Shown in pieces: positions 1 through 12,800 of a stretch of 64,000 nucleotides of DNA. The stretch spans positions 21,204,001 to 21,268,000 of the forward strand of contig NW_025964112.1 of assembly GCF_023055435.1 (NCBI RefSeq), written 5' to 3'. Source of the DNA: Haliotis rufescens (taxonomy: Eukaryota). A program made the position numbers and the translations under genes. Numbering within the stretch: the stretch's first letter is position 1; the number at the start of each line of letters is the position of its first letter. Under the pieces are notes generated by a model. That model saw only the letters and a list, made by a program, of their open reading frames with translations. It ran no database searches and was not told the DNA's origin.

Positions 1-63
1 GTACACTCATTTCTTACACTGGAAGTATAGCAGGTACACACATTTCTTACACTGGAAGTATAG
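1..63. repeat. 33-bp tandem repeat (two copies visible, cut by the window edge)
   Basis: gtacacWcatttcttacactggaagtatag occurs at 1 and 34. Confidence 0.7.
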
Positions 64-899
64 AGTAGCTCGGAGTCAGTATACGGTGTCTGAGTGGGGT
101 ATTCATGTTAAACTGTGGCATGGTATCTCAGTGGATTAGCACTATTAATCAGCATCAGTCCAGACTAGTACAAGCAGCCCCACACACACACACACACATA
201 CGCATGTGCATGCACGTCGCTATATAAGTGCAATAATCTTTATTGGTAAGGATTTTCCGCTCTATCACGAGACAACAACAGCAGTCCTTGAGGGACATTT
301 TACTGATTGATACCAGCACCTGCAAGGAAGTTCAGAGAATGAGAATACTTCCTAAATGTTGCACTTCACTGTAGTGTCCACTTTTCCCTCCATCAGCCAG
401 CTGTCAAGTGTTTACTCATCTTTGTCGTTACTGTTTTCTCCTAAATATATTCATGGGACATCATTGACCCATGTATCCTCAGTTGACTCATGAGGCATTC
501 ATTCAGTCACACAAGTCGGAAGCTGTTTTGATACAGTCAGATAGCCAAGTTTGTTTACTTTAGTATGCAGAATAGCTATGACATAATGTTGCAACGTGAT
601 TGATAATGGCTCATCTGGAAAAAGAGGGCATTATCAAGTTAAAGTAACACACACTTTGCCTGAAAACTTGCAGGCCATAGTATACTTCCATCCATTTTAG
701 CTGCAACCAATATATATAGAGGGTGTATGGTATAAAAGTATAAAACAATTTTCTATTTCACTTAAAAAACAATTACATGTACACAAACTTACATGGGTGT
801 TCACAGTGATAACTAATTTGATGTTAAAGCATTGTTTTCAACTCATCAAAAATGTTCCAGATTACATTCAGAAGAATAAACTCCTATGATAGATTGCTG

Positions 900-1565
900 A
901 AATGCTGAAATATACTACTGAGGATCATGTATTCAAATTTTTTAAATATGATATTGGCTATCATGTGTTGAAAATGTTGACTTGTACTACTGTGGATCAT
1001 GTGTTGAGATATACTACTGTGGATCATGTGTTGAATTATACAACTATGGATCCTCTGTTGAATTATGCTACTGTGTATCGTGTGTTGCAAATGTTGAATT
1101 ATGCTACTCTGGATCATGTGTTGAAATATACTACTATGGATCCTGTGTTGAATTATACTACTGTGGATCGTGTGTTGCAAATGTTGAATTATACTACTGT
1201 GGATTGTGTGTTGCAAATGTTGAATTATACTGCTGTGGATCATGTGTTGCAAATGTTGAATTATACTACTGTGGATCGTGTGTTGCAAATGTTGAATTAT
1301 ACTACTGTGGATCCTGTGTTGCAAATGTTGAATTATACTACTGTGAATCCTGTGTTGCAAATGTTGAAATATACTTCTGTGGATCCTGTGTTGCAAATGT
1401 TGAAATATACTACTGTGTATCGTGTGTTGCAAATGTTGAAATATACTACTGTGGATCGTGTGTTGCAAATGTTGAATTATACTACTGTGGATCCTGTATT
1501 GCAAATGTTGAAATATACTACTGTGGATCATGTGTTGCAAATGTTGCAACATGATACTGGAGATC
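900..1565. repeat. Minisatellite, 36-bp unit with 27-bp variants
   Basis: atactactgtggatcNtgtgttgcaaatgttgaaWt repeated; explains the three overlapping ORFs at 884-1684. Confidence 0.95.
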
Positions 1566-3469
1566 GCATGTGAGGTCCTGCAAGAACTCCATAAGTTTGA
1601 AACTTCTGTTGGAGACATATGGAAAAGATCCTGTGTGAGCACTTCCTGGTGTGTAGATGGGCAGTATCTTGACATGCTAATCAAGCAAGCTTACATCATC
1701 AGATTGTAGAAATTGATATATTGTGAAAGGTGGTTACATATACAGTCAAACACCATTGTGTCAAACTTTGATGTGCCGAACTTGTGGCTCCTGAAGTAAA
1801 AGCTTCAAAATAAAGAATCAAAATAACCTAAATAATGACATTAAAAATACCTATAATTGTAAGGCAGTAGTTTCTGTTAAAAGTTTAAAAAATTGATTTT
1901 GTTCATCTGTTTAAAATATTTCTTCTGGGTGGATCATGTTGTTTAATTCTGGTAATATAATCCTTCTTGAACTGTGACATTGTTGAAATGAGCAAAAGTA
2001 ATCCTGTTTTTCCTGAATCAAGCTGCAGTGTTTTACCATTCTCACAGTCACCATAATTACTGAACACTTGTCATTATAGATAATAAGTCAGTGTCATGAT
2101 GTGCACCTAATCTAAATGCCTGAATGGCAGACAGGAGTAGGGATCAAAGACTGATAAGGTTGAAGAATTATTTCCCAAAATATCTCACACTTCAAAGCCC
2201 TATGTTTAGAACACACAGTTGTTCCACACAAAAATGCCAACTAACAAACCCAGTACACAGAAACACAAAGTATATCCAAGCCAACTCCAAGGCAGCAAAT
2301 CAACATTCCTTTCAGCACAAGTGTTCAGGGTAGGACAAACCTGTAACAAGTCATGGCAGTGACTAAAACTGAAGCAACTTCTTTCATACACTTGCTTAGG
2401 TCTCCACAACAAATTGATGCACATGAAAAAGATGGATAATCACATCATTATAAACATCTTTTGATAAAGTTATCATTCCTAGTTGTATATGTCCATAGGT
2501 GCTTCAGTGGTGAGTTTATATATGGATTGGCAAATGATTGTTTTGATTTTGAATCATGACACACAGACGGAAATTGAGTCTATGTTCAGGTTGGCATTCC
2601 TGCGAAAAATGTGTGAGCAGGACTTGCTAGAAATAGCCCTATGACGAAGTTGAGTGAGTGTTGCAGCGAGTCTAGCTGCCTCACAGAGGAGGGAGGGAAG
2701 CTTCCACTATGACTAATTTAGGACTGCCGAGGGAAGAAGTCTTCTGGATCAAGTTTCAGGAAGACAGCCCAGGTGCTTCATGAGAGGAGGGGTGCTAAGG
2801 CAGTGGTTGGAAGGGGAGAGGATGAGATAAACCAATACAGTAGTGGTTGGAGGCGGTGGGCAGAGGACGAATCACATGGATAGTGGTGGGAGAGGGGAGT
2901 ATGGGCAGTGGTTGGAGGTGGGGGGAAGAATCAAGACAGCAGTTGGAGGTACAGGGCGACAGGGAAAGAGGATCAGTTCAAAGGCCATTGTTGGTGGGGG
3001 AAAGAATATATACCATAGGCAGTGGTTGATAGGCAGAGTGCACTACACCAGTGATTTTACAGCTATTTTTGTTGCAGGTTCTGTATGAAAAACAAGTTAT
3101 AACTGTTTGATGCTGTTTGTTGAAGTTCAGAATTGTCGCTAATTTGCTGTGAGTGAATGTAAGGTATTGGCGAAAGAGCAAGACTCTGAGCAGGGTCAGT
3201 GGTTTGCGGAATTGTAATATGTAAGGAATGGGGCAGTTAGGAAGTTAGTTACAACTGTATGTAGTACACAAGGAGCATGCTGTCTTCCATATTGTCAATG
3301 GTTGGAGTAGCACTGAGATCAGAGATTGTGTGCAACCAAGGGTGTAATGTCCATGTGTGTATGTGGTTGCATGATGCTTTGTAAGATCAAGCAATGTAAG
3401 CTGTGTTAAAGTAGGGTTGAGCTATCCTGAGAGTGTAACTTGTCACTTGAACAGTAATATCAGACCATA

Positions 3470-4667
3470 AAACCCAACACACCACCCTCAGTTACATCAG
3501 ACCCTCACACCCAACACACCACCCTCAGTTACATCAGACTCTCACACCCAACACACCTCCCTCAGTTACATCAGACCCTCACACCCAACACACCATCCTC
3601 AGTTACACAAGACCCCCACACCCAACACATCACCCTCAGTTACATCAGACTCTCACACCCAACACACCTCCCTCAGTTACATCAGACCTTCACACCCAAC
3701 ACACCACCGTCAGTTACATCAGACCCTGACACCCAACACACCTCCCTCAGTTACATCAGACCCTCACACCCAACACACCACCTTAAGTTACATCAGACCC
3801 TCACTCCCCACACACTATCAGACTCTCACACCCAACACACCACCCTCAGTTACATCAGACCCTCACACCCAACACACCACCCTCAGTTACATCAGACCCT
3901 CACACCCAACACACCAAGGTCAGTTACATCAGACTCTCACATCCAACACACCACCCTCAGTTACATCAGACCCTCACTCCCCACACACTATCAGACTCTC
4001 ACACCCAACACACCACCCTCAGTTACATCAGACTCTCACACCCAACACACCCCCCTTAGTTACATCAGACCCTCACACCCAACACACCACCCTCAGTTAC
4101 ATCAGACCCTCACACCCAACACACCAAGGTCAGTTACATCAGACCCTCACACCCAACACACCACCCTCAGTTACATCAGACCCTCACACCCAACACACCA
4201 AGGTCAGTTACATCAGACCCTCACACCCAACACACCAAGGTCAGTTACATCAGACTCTCACACCCAACACACCACCCTCAGTTACATCAGACTCTCACAC
4301 CCAACACACCACCCTCAGTTACATCAGACCCTCACACCCAACACACCAAGGTCAGTTACATCAGACTCTCACACCCAACACACCACCGTGAGTTACATCA
4401 GACTCACACCCAACACACCACCCTCAGTTACATCAGACCCTCACACCCAACACACCTACCTCAGTTACATCAGACCCTCACACCCAACACATTGTCAGAC
4501 TCTCACACCCAACACACCACCCTCAGTTACATCAGACCCTCACACCCAACACACAACCCTCAGTTACATCAGACCCTCACACCCAACACACTATCAGACT
4601 CTCACACCCAACACACCACCCTCAGTTACATAAGACCCTCACACCCAACACACCACCCTCAGTAACA
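3470..4667. repeat. Minisatellite, 37-bp AC-rich unit
   Basis: cagttacatcagaccctcacacccaacacaccaccct, ~30 copies plus shorter variants. Confidence 0.95.
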
Positions 4668-6104
4668 TGGCAGATACTGTAGCTGGCTGAAGGGCCCTGA
4701 CTACTCTCCAACAGTGGATGCTACCAGGGCAGAGGACTGCCCTTGGAATGTTGATGCCGGTGGGATAGGATTACTTTGAAAATACGATCCCATAAAAGGA
4801 ATTAACACAATCACTTCTTGATAAAGTTTATCTTTGTTACATATTTCCCAAAGCAAGGTGACACAAAGTATTTTTATAAACTACTTCTATTTGGTATTGG
4901 TCTCTGTAAGATGCATTTACTTATTAGCAAATGAAAATTATAGCTTCACAACATATCAATCAAGTGTTGTTTTTAGTTTCAAAGTATTTAAGCATTCCCT
5001 GGTTGACACATTAAAGTAGTGCAGCAGGTTGTTATCACGTGATGTATGAGAGAGGAACAAGGGAGGAAGAATATATCTGTATCAAAATACTGGGAAAGAT
5101 AACAATGCTGCAGTGAAAACTTGGGAGGAGGGAGAGGGTGTGACGATTGCACTTAAATTTGGCCCTAGTGAATGATAATTCACTGCTTGAATATAAACTT
5201 GCCAATGTTTGAACGCACATTTTGAAACATCCACAACCTATTTTAATATATTCATGTGTATAGGTAGACAGCATTAGTATAAAAATGATGTGCATTGTAG
5301 GTATAACATTCTCTTTATGTTGAATACTCTATCAGAACACATGCTTCAGGATAGCAGTATGTCACTCAAAGTAATCAAACATGTGGTATTTCGTGTTGGA
5401 GCTATACTTCATCGTTTAAATTATCCGCATTGCCTTGTTGTAAAATTGCAGTCATCCATTGTTTCTCTGGAGCCAGTCTGTTCATGTGGGATGCCAAGAC
5501 AATGAATAGCTATCGATGGGTCATGCTGTGTGAAATAAAACAGACTGACTTTACTGGATCCGTGAATTAGATGCAGAAGCATCTCTAGATTTTGTGGTGT
5601 AAAAAAATCAATAAGTGCAATCAGTTTTGATAGTATCTGGTTATTTTTACTATGCTTAATTTATTGTTCATGCAGAGATCCATAAAAGTTGATTATGATT
5701 AGAAACACTTTTTACCCCAGACTGTGCGGTGTGTTTTAACCCAGTCTTTTGGTACTTATCCAAGTATTGATGCATGATGTGATACAGACATGATCACACA
5801 GTGATTTGAGGAGGATACTGGATTTATGCATGGATGTATGAAAAATGAATCAGCTGTGTCCTCTACAATTATTATAGAGTAGAATTGTAGAGTATATGGG
5901 ATTCATGTTCATGTAAGGAGAAAGAAGTGTAGAAATATCCTGTCTCTTTCACCTTGAACAACTAGATAGGAGCCCATTTTATAACTCCACCTACAAACAC
6001 AAGAATCATAGTGGATTGCCACATTCTAAAACATGTAAGCAATCTGTGTAATATTAATCTTGTGATGCCCACTCTCTGTGTAGCAGATTACTTGTCTTCA
6101 TTAA

Positions 6105-6309
6105 CCAGGATTAACCGAAGATCCGGGATAGAATAGGTCTTCAGCAACTAATGCTTGTCGTAAGAGGCGCCTAATGGCATCATTGTAACCCAATTGCGTG
6201 GATCGATGCTCATGACGTCAATCACTGGATTGTCTAGTATTTACAGACCACCATCATATAGCTGGAATATTGCTGAGTGTGGCGTTAAACAACAAACAAA
6301 CAAACAAAA
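6105..6309 (+). mobile_element. SINE-like retroposon with target-site duplication
   Basis: Flanked by a perfect 15-bp direct repeat ACTTGTCTTCATTAA (6090-6104, 6310-6324); ends ..gctggaatattgctgagtgtggcgttaaa + (CAAA)n tail. Confidence 0.8.
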
Positions 6310-6636
6310 ACTTGTCTTCATTAAAACAATAGCTAATGCACACACAATTACCAATTTAATTTAGTGCATCCTGCATTGATGTAGAATATATGTTGTGGCC
6401 TTGATGGCCAGAACACACCAATTGTTTACTCTTTCCTAAGAGAGATAGATTGGAGATATGTTATGGTCAACCAAAGTAACAACAGCCACAGACCAACTGG
6501 ATAGCACAAACATAATGGTGTTGTCTCCTGATACACACAACCTTGGTTGACTTCCCATGAGGTACTAAAACCACTCGCTGCTGTCACCAGCATGAATCAA
6601 TGGTCTGTATGTAATAAAGCATTCTCTACTTCACAG

Positions 6637-6839
6637 CAATGTGACAGACAACATGCAGAAGGTATGCATCTCGATATCCCCTGGCATCCCACTGCGAGGT
6701 GACATCCTGATGAAGTGCTACCACAAGAAGACCCGCACAGGACAGCGCGAGATGATCTGGAGGTGTCAGTTCCACACCTGTGCTATCTCCGACTACAACC
6801 TTGTCTTCACCAAGCAGGAGCTGGACGATGCAATCAATG
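6637..6839 (+). CDS. TNS: Tensin exon, PTEN-type C2 domain
   Basis: ttcacag|C AAT GTG; [67 protein letters not shown]; donor G|gtgagc. Confidence 0.95.
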
Positions 6840-9800
6840 GTGAGCTTTCTTCATTTTCATTGACCATCACAGGAAATATCATGTATCTTGTATGTTTGAA
6901 CCCCAGAATTCTCCTTGGTAGCAGCCAAACTAAGACAAGCATTATGGAACATGTTGAACATGCTGTCAAAGACTGTGTTATCTTGTTGATGTCTGGATTA
7001 GAGTTCAGTTGAGTATGGCTAGTTCTTGAAGTTAATGGCAGTCTAATGACTCTCCTCCAATGTCTGGCTACATTAGTGTGTCTTCTGACTTTGTCACTAC
7101 ATTGGTTGTCTGATCCTCCAGACCAACCTGCCGGTGCCTGCTACCAGCTAAAGGGTTGGGATGGGGCCACATTTATTGCCCAGGGATCTGTACTGTTTAC
7201 ACCCCAGCCACCCTGTACTATTTGTGGATACTCCATTCTGAACTGACAGGGAATGTGTTACGTGGAAATATATTTGTTGCCTTAATCTGGGTATCAGTTA
7301 TCACTCTTATCTAAGTATTTACTTCAAGCTGTGTCGAACTTTTGTAAAGATGTGTGAAAAGTGTGTGAATCAAGAATCTTAACCTCATAATTCAGTTGAT
7401 TAATGAAAAAGATATGACTTCAGATTGTAATGCTAATTACCTGACATTGGACCCATGGTAATTCATGAGATGAACTGATTGCTGTAGTTGATTGTTTATA
7501 GTACATATTCTACTGAAATGCTCCTGTGTTTCAAGGTTGTAGGCGGCTTCAGTACTTGCTTAGTCACTTATCTCACTGATTACATGTCTGAAGGCTGCAC
7601 TTCTTCTGGATGGGCAAACACTCAACATGAAACACGATGCTAAAACCCACCCTTCTCTATCAGACATATGAGGATAAGTTGAAATATGGGACAGGAACCA
7701 CTGGAAATGTTGCAGGAAATAATATTATGACATCTGTTACAAGCACTGCTTGTACCTGATACACATATACTGAGGAAGCTTTTGAGGTCTGACATTGATC
7801 GATGAATGACAGGAAGCTATATCTGAAGTGTAGAGCTGTGTGATAAAGTTGTGATAGAGAGGAAGTTGTTCCCCAGCCTCCTCCGTGTGGCTCATGCTGG
7901 TCGACACATCATCTGTATACTGCTGGGGTAGCAAGATACAGGAGCATCTCTTGGCTGAACCAATTTCAAGTTCCAGGACCGGAGAATAATTTGCATCAAA
8001 TATTTGGGATGTACTTCATGAAGAGTGAACCTGTTTTGACAAAATGATTTCTAGTTTTGCATCACACACACAACTTAGTTCTATGACTTATATGATCAGT
8101 GTATATATGCATCAAAGAAAGAAAAAGTTTTGATTTCAGAATGTGTGAAAATCTATGCTTGCAGACGCTCTTGTATGAATTCAAAAGCAGAAATTATTGT
8201 GTCTTGTACCATTTGGTAATACAAGTTGCCAGGGTCCTTCCCATATTCATTCTTGGTTCTGCTGGCTTCAGTACAATGCAGTTTTATTTGTACAACCTGT
8301 CAGACTGAGCTGGGGCGCCTCGTTAGCATCAGGATGTTGGCATGCATGGTTGGGAGCAGGAGTGTAAGCCTAACACACTGAAGTTGCCAAGCCAGTGACC
8401 AGACCAGAATGTCATTACCCATTATGGAATTATTGTTATACATCATGTACACTTGGCTCTGTCAAATGCGAAACTTCTCATCTGGGAAACTGTTTCAGTC
8501 AATTGGTCAGACAGACAGGCCAGTACCTAGATGCACCTGCTGCTTGTCCACAAAGTCTGTTCCCATGTTAAGTGCAGATTCTGTGTAGAATGCCCTATGA
8601 CCAAATACCATCATCATTGACTCTACTGGGTGGATTGTCTTTACCTTGTGTTTATGTAACTTCTGACCGTACACTACATCAAAAGATGTATTGCCCTGGT
8701 TGCCCTGATGTGGACAGATTGCTTACCAGCATTACATCTCATTGCGTCTTTACCTCATGGCTCATTTCATAAGGGTCATTTCTTGGTGTCACGTCTCTTC
8801 TTGGTGTCGCATCTCATGGTATGACTGCAGCATTATTACACACAGCATGATCCACTCACTGCACCCCTTCATTATGCCGCTGGAGGTAAGTGCATATGCT
8901 TAATGTTCACCCCATCAACACATGCACTCAGGGTACTGGTGGACACACATGTTTTTGTGTACATGTCTGTTTTCTTGTATGTTTACATAAAAATGAATGC
9001 TCCCCTGATGCATGATAAGCGAGGTCAGTGTTCTGGAAAGGATCTTCAGTTGGCAGTACTCTTTACTATGCTGCTTCCCTGATGGACCCAACAGATGCCA
9101 TCATTACCTCTGGCCAGTGCTATGTCACATTCACTCACTAACTCAACTGGTATAGGTTATAAAGTATGTTATTTACCCTGATTCACCCAAAGTGGGTTAA
9201 AATATTTTCATTAGACACTTAACACGTTCCCTTCTTAAAACAGTATAGAATGTGGACAGTTTCAACTGTGTTCTCCTTTTAATGTTATGAGTTCTACCCC
9301 AGAATGTTAACTCACCAAACATCTGCAGTATACATAATTAGTACCTCAGTTAGGCTGTAACATACACCTTTGCACTGTCATGCACACGCATGCCCTCAGT
9401 ATGTGGTACATTATGTCACTGTGTGTTATGCACATGAGCTGTTCCCTAGTGCTTGTTGGGTCACACATTCCTGTAACAGGTCAGTTACAAACATGTGCTC
9501 ACTGCACTTACTGATCAGAATATATTCATAATACATTGACTCAGCTACTTACAAAATCCCTACAGTGCCAGTATGGTGTTAAGGAGGCATTACAGCATAT
9601 CCATGCATTTCATATTTGACAAGAAGAAAAACTGTCACTGGATATGTATCTTTTAGAAGCTTAGTTATTTACTGTATGTATTTAGACATACAGTAGAGCA
9701 TGGATATAACAAACTACAAGGGACCGGAGAAATCAGTTCATTATATACGTTGTTTGTTATATACGATTTCGCTCAGAGACGTCCACCATCTCGGCTAAAG

Positions 9801-12800
9801 CAAAACACAATACACATACACGTTTATACACGTTTCCTCCCGCATCTACCGATAATTAAGTTAAAAAGTACCCAATGATAGGATCAATGTTTGTTTTACA
9901 GACAAGACTGGTCCAAATTACATGGACAGGTAAGATTAACATAATGCAAGTTTAACAAGGTCAAATCATCACCAGTGATTGTGTTTTGATTCTCCGCGAT
10001 TGTGTTGATTGCATACAGCCAATTGTCAGTGACACTTGACACTGAGTGAGTTTCTCAGTTTGCTATACACGTCACTAATTAGTGGAGATAGGCCCTGTTG
10101 GTGATCAGATTTCAGTTTACTATATACGTTAGTTCGCTGTAGAGAGTTTGTTATGTACGTAAATTCTATATGTTAATATATATCTAATAGATAAATCAGG
10201 GCTTTTTTAACAGTTTGTCGTATTCGTTTGTTCGCGCTCCCCGTTTACGTTATATCCGTGTATAGACTTTCAGGCTACTGACTTCATATGTGTCAAAATG
10301 GAAAAACCAATATTATTGTCCACTGTTGTGTGGCTCCTTCACTAGGTTATAGTCAATACTGTATCCATAGCAGCATGTGAGTTAGCCTTGTCTTCCATCT
10401 CCCTGTGTCCAGGTGGTACCACTGATACACCCTGCATACCTGTCTGATCTGGTCTCTTCCTACCTATGTGCTGCATCCACTGGCCCCTGTGGGGAAGCAG
10501 GTGCTCTTTCTCTGTTCAATGTGTTACACACTAGTATCCCAGTGTATGGGGAAACTTACACATTGCAGGTCCATCAGTGTGTGGCATGTCTGACTGTTCC
10601 TTCAAGGTAGAGTGCTTTATGTACAACCTTCATGGTTTCTGTCTTGTTTCTGATGTTCCCATGTTCTCATCATTTGTGACAAGTGGTTGTTGTACACTGT
10701 CATCTTGTACAGGGCAGTTTGCTGTAGCACTTCCTGAATGTGATTGATTCTGTGAAAAGGAACACCCCAGAGACATGCTCATTGTCTGTTGTGTGTAATA
10801 AGATATCTTAATTAGTGCCTTGCATCAATGCTGAGTAGTGATTTCTGTTCTACTCTTTTCCCAAATATTGCCAAATGTGTTGAATATCAACAGTCAGGTA
10901 ATCATTTCTGCTCTGAATTGTGCCCCTTCTCTACTGTTTGTTATACGTCAGTAGTCTTCCCAGTTTCATGTAACAGGTAGGTACTTCAGCTCTACATAGT
11001 ACCCACTGTTCTAATCTGTGGTCAGTGGTCTCCACAGTGGTGTGTAATAGGTGATTATTTCTGCTCTACATAGTACCCACTGTTCTAATCTGTGGTCAGT
11101 GGTCTCCACAGTGGTGTGTAATAGGTGATTATTTCTGCTCTACATAGTACCCACTGTTCTAATCTGTGTGGTCAGTGGTCTCCACAGTGGTGTGTAAAAG
11201 GTAATTATTTCTGCTCTACATAGTACCCACTGTTCTAATCTGTGGTCAGTGGTCCCCACAGTGGTGTGTAAAAGGTGATTATATCTGCTCTACATGGTAC
11301 CCACTTCTCCAGTGTGTTGCACATCAGCAGTGTCCTGAACAACTCTGTTACAATTAGGAGGGGTGTTGTAATAAAGCAGTTGTTCATCCATATATCTTAT
11401 CCTTACTTATCACTCCAACTAAATTCGTCTCAGAAAAATTATCTGTAACAGGTAGTTATTTCTGTTCTACAGTGTACACAAGACTTCCCAAATGTGTTGC
11501 ACATCAGCCGTCTCCACATTGTCCTGTATCATACTGTAGTTGCATATTAGTATGGTTCACTTGCCTCTACAAACACCCAGCAAGAGAGAATAGCTACTCT
11601 GGTGTTGGGTTACAGGGATTTGTCTGCAGGGACTACTGAGCCCTTTCTTTTTCACCTTTCACCCAAGGTGCAATAAAATGTTCCAGTGCTGATGGGTAGC
11701 TGAGTGTAACACAAGAGGAAATGTGGCCTAGGTGGCTTCTACATACTGAAGTTAACTGTTTCCATTATCTTGCTGCAGATAGCTATACATTCATGATCTG
11801 AATGCCTGTGTATGACCACCTGCCTCGATCAGTTGGAATACTTGGAAACTGTAATACAGTAAGTTAGATAATGTAGCTGACAGCTTCTTTTCATGGTTTG
11901 AAGATAGTTTGCATTTGATATATATATATCTAGAGACTCTTTTTGAGATTTTTACTTCAATATTCAGTGTGCAGTAGTTTGACTATTGGATTATCATAAG
12001 GCCTTTTCAGCAGACGTTCAAATTGCAAAGAATTGAATTGAGCACTTGAGGATTTGTGGCTATCCCAAGAAATCCAATGTTTTAGGTTAGCCTAGATTCT
12101 CAATTAAATGGGACTGCAGGTGGGCAAGACTCTTGATAACTGGTAACCCCTGTAAGTCTCTGTTTGGATTTGTCAGCTCTTATCATTTCAACAGCTTATT
12201 TCTCAGCCAGCCCTGGTCAGGAAATAAAGGTGGTGAAATGTCTTCTCTGACAATTCTTTGAGTGGGTAATCCTGACAACGTCAGCACACAAGTTCCGACA
12301 AAGCCAACAGGTTCCGCAGTTTGGGGTGTTGGAATGTTCTATCATGTTATGGATTGTGGACCAGCTATAGCTACGTATATATCAAAGCTGGAGGGAGGGA
12401 AGCAAGGGCCCTCCAGGAAATAAATGGCTCCTTTGCTATGACCTTTCATGCCATTAAGCTAGTGATGGGGCAGAAGAGGGACTGATTCATCAAGACGTGA
12501 GCTAATTTGGTAGCATGCTATTTCTGTCAGCATGAGACAGTTATTGAATATTAACCATATACTTGTTCCATTTAAATCCCATAGTGTTGTTCACAACTTA
12601 AATTGTTGGAGGTGTTGAGTTTCATTTTGACTGTCTAATGTAGTGTTCTGAAAGTGGATTGGAAGTTGACATTTGGGAGCGGTTCCAACAATTCAGCCAT
12701 CAACATAGTTTCAGGATTACTGGTTAGCTGCGATTTATACCTGGTGAGATCACCTGCCGTTGGTTCTCAGAAAGTGGCTGTTACAGTCAGGAGAGATACA

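Noticed and set aside
884-1684. Cys/Tyr-rich or His-rich repeat proteins on both strands
   Set aside because: Three overlapping ORFs are all produced by a 36/27-bp minisatellite.
2650-3350. Purine-rich, Gly-rich ORFs, possibly an old retroelement
   Set aside because: No recognisable motifs or splice compatibility; too degenerate to call.
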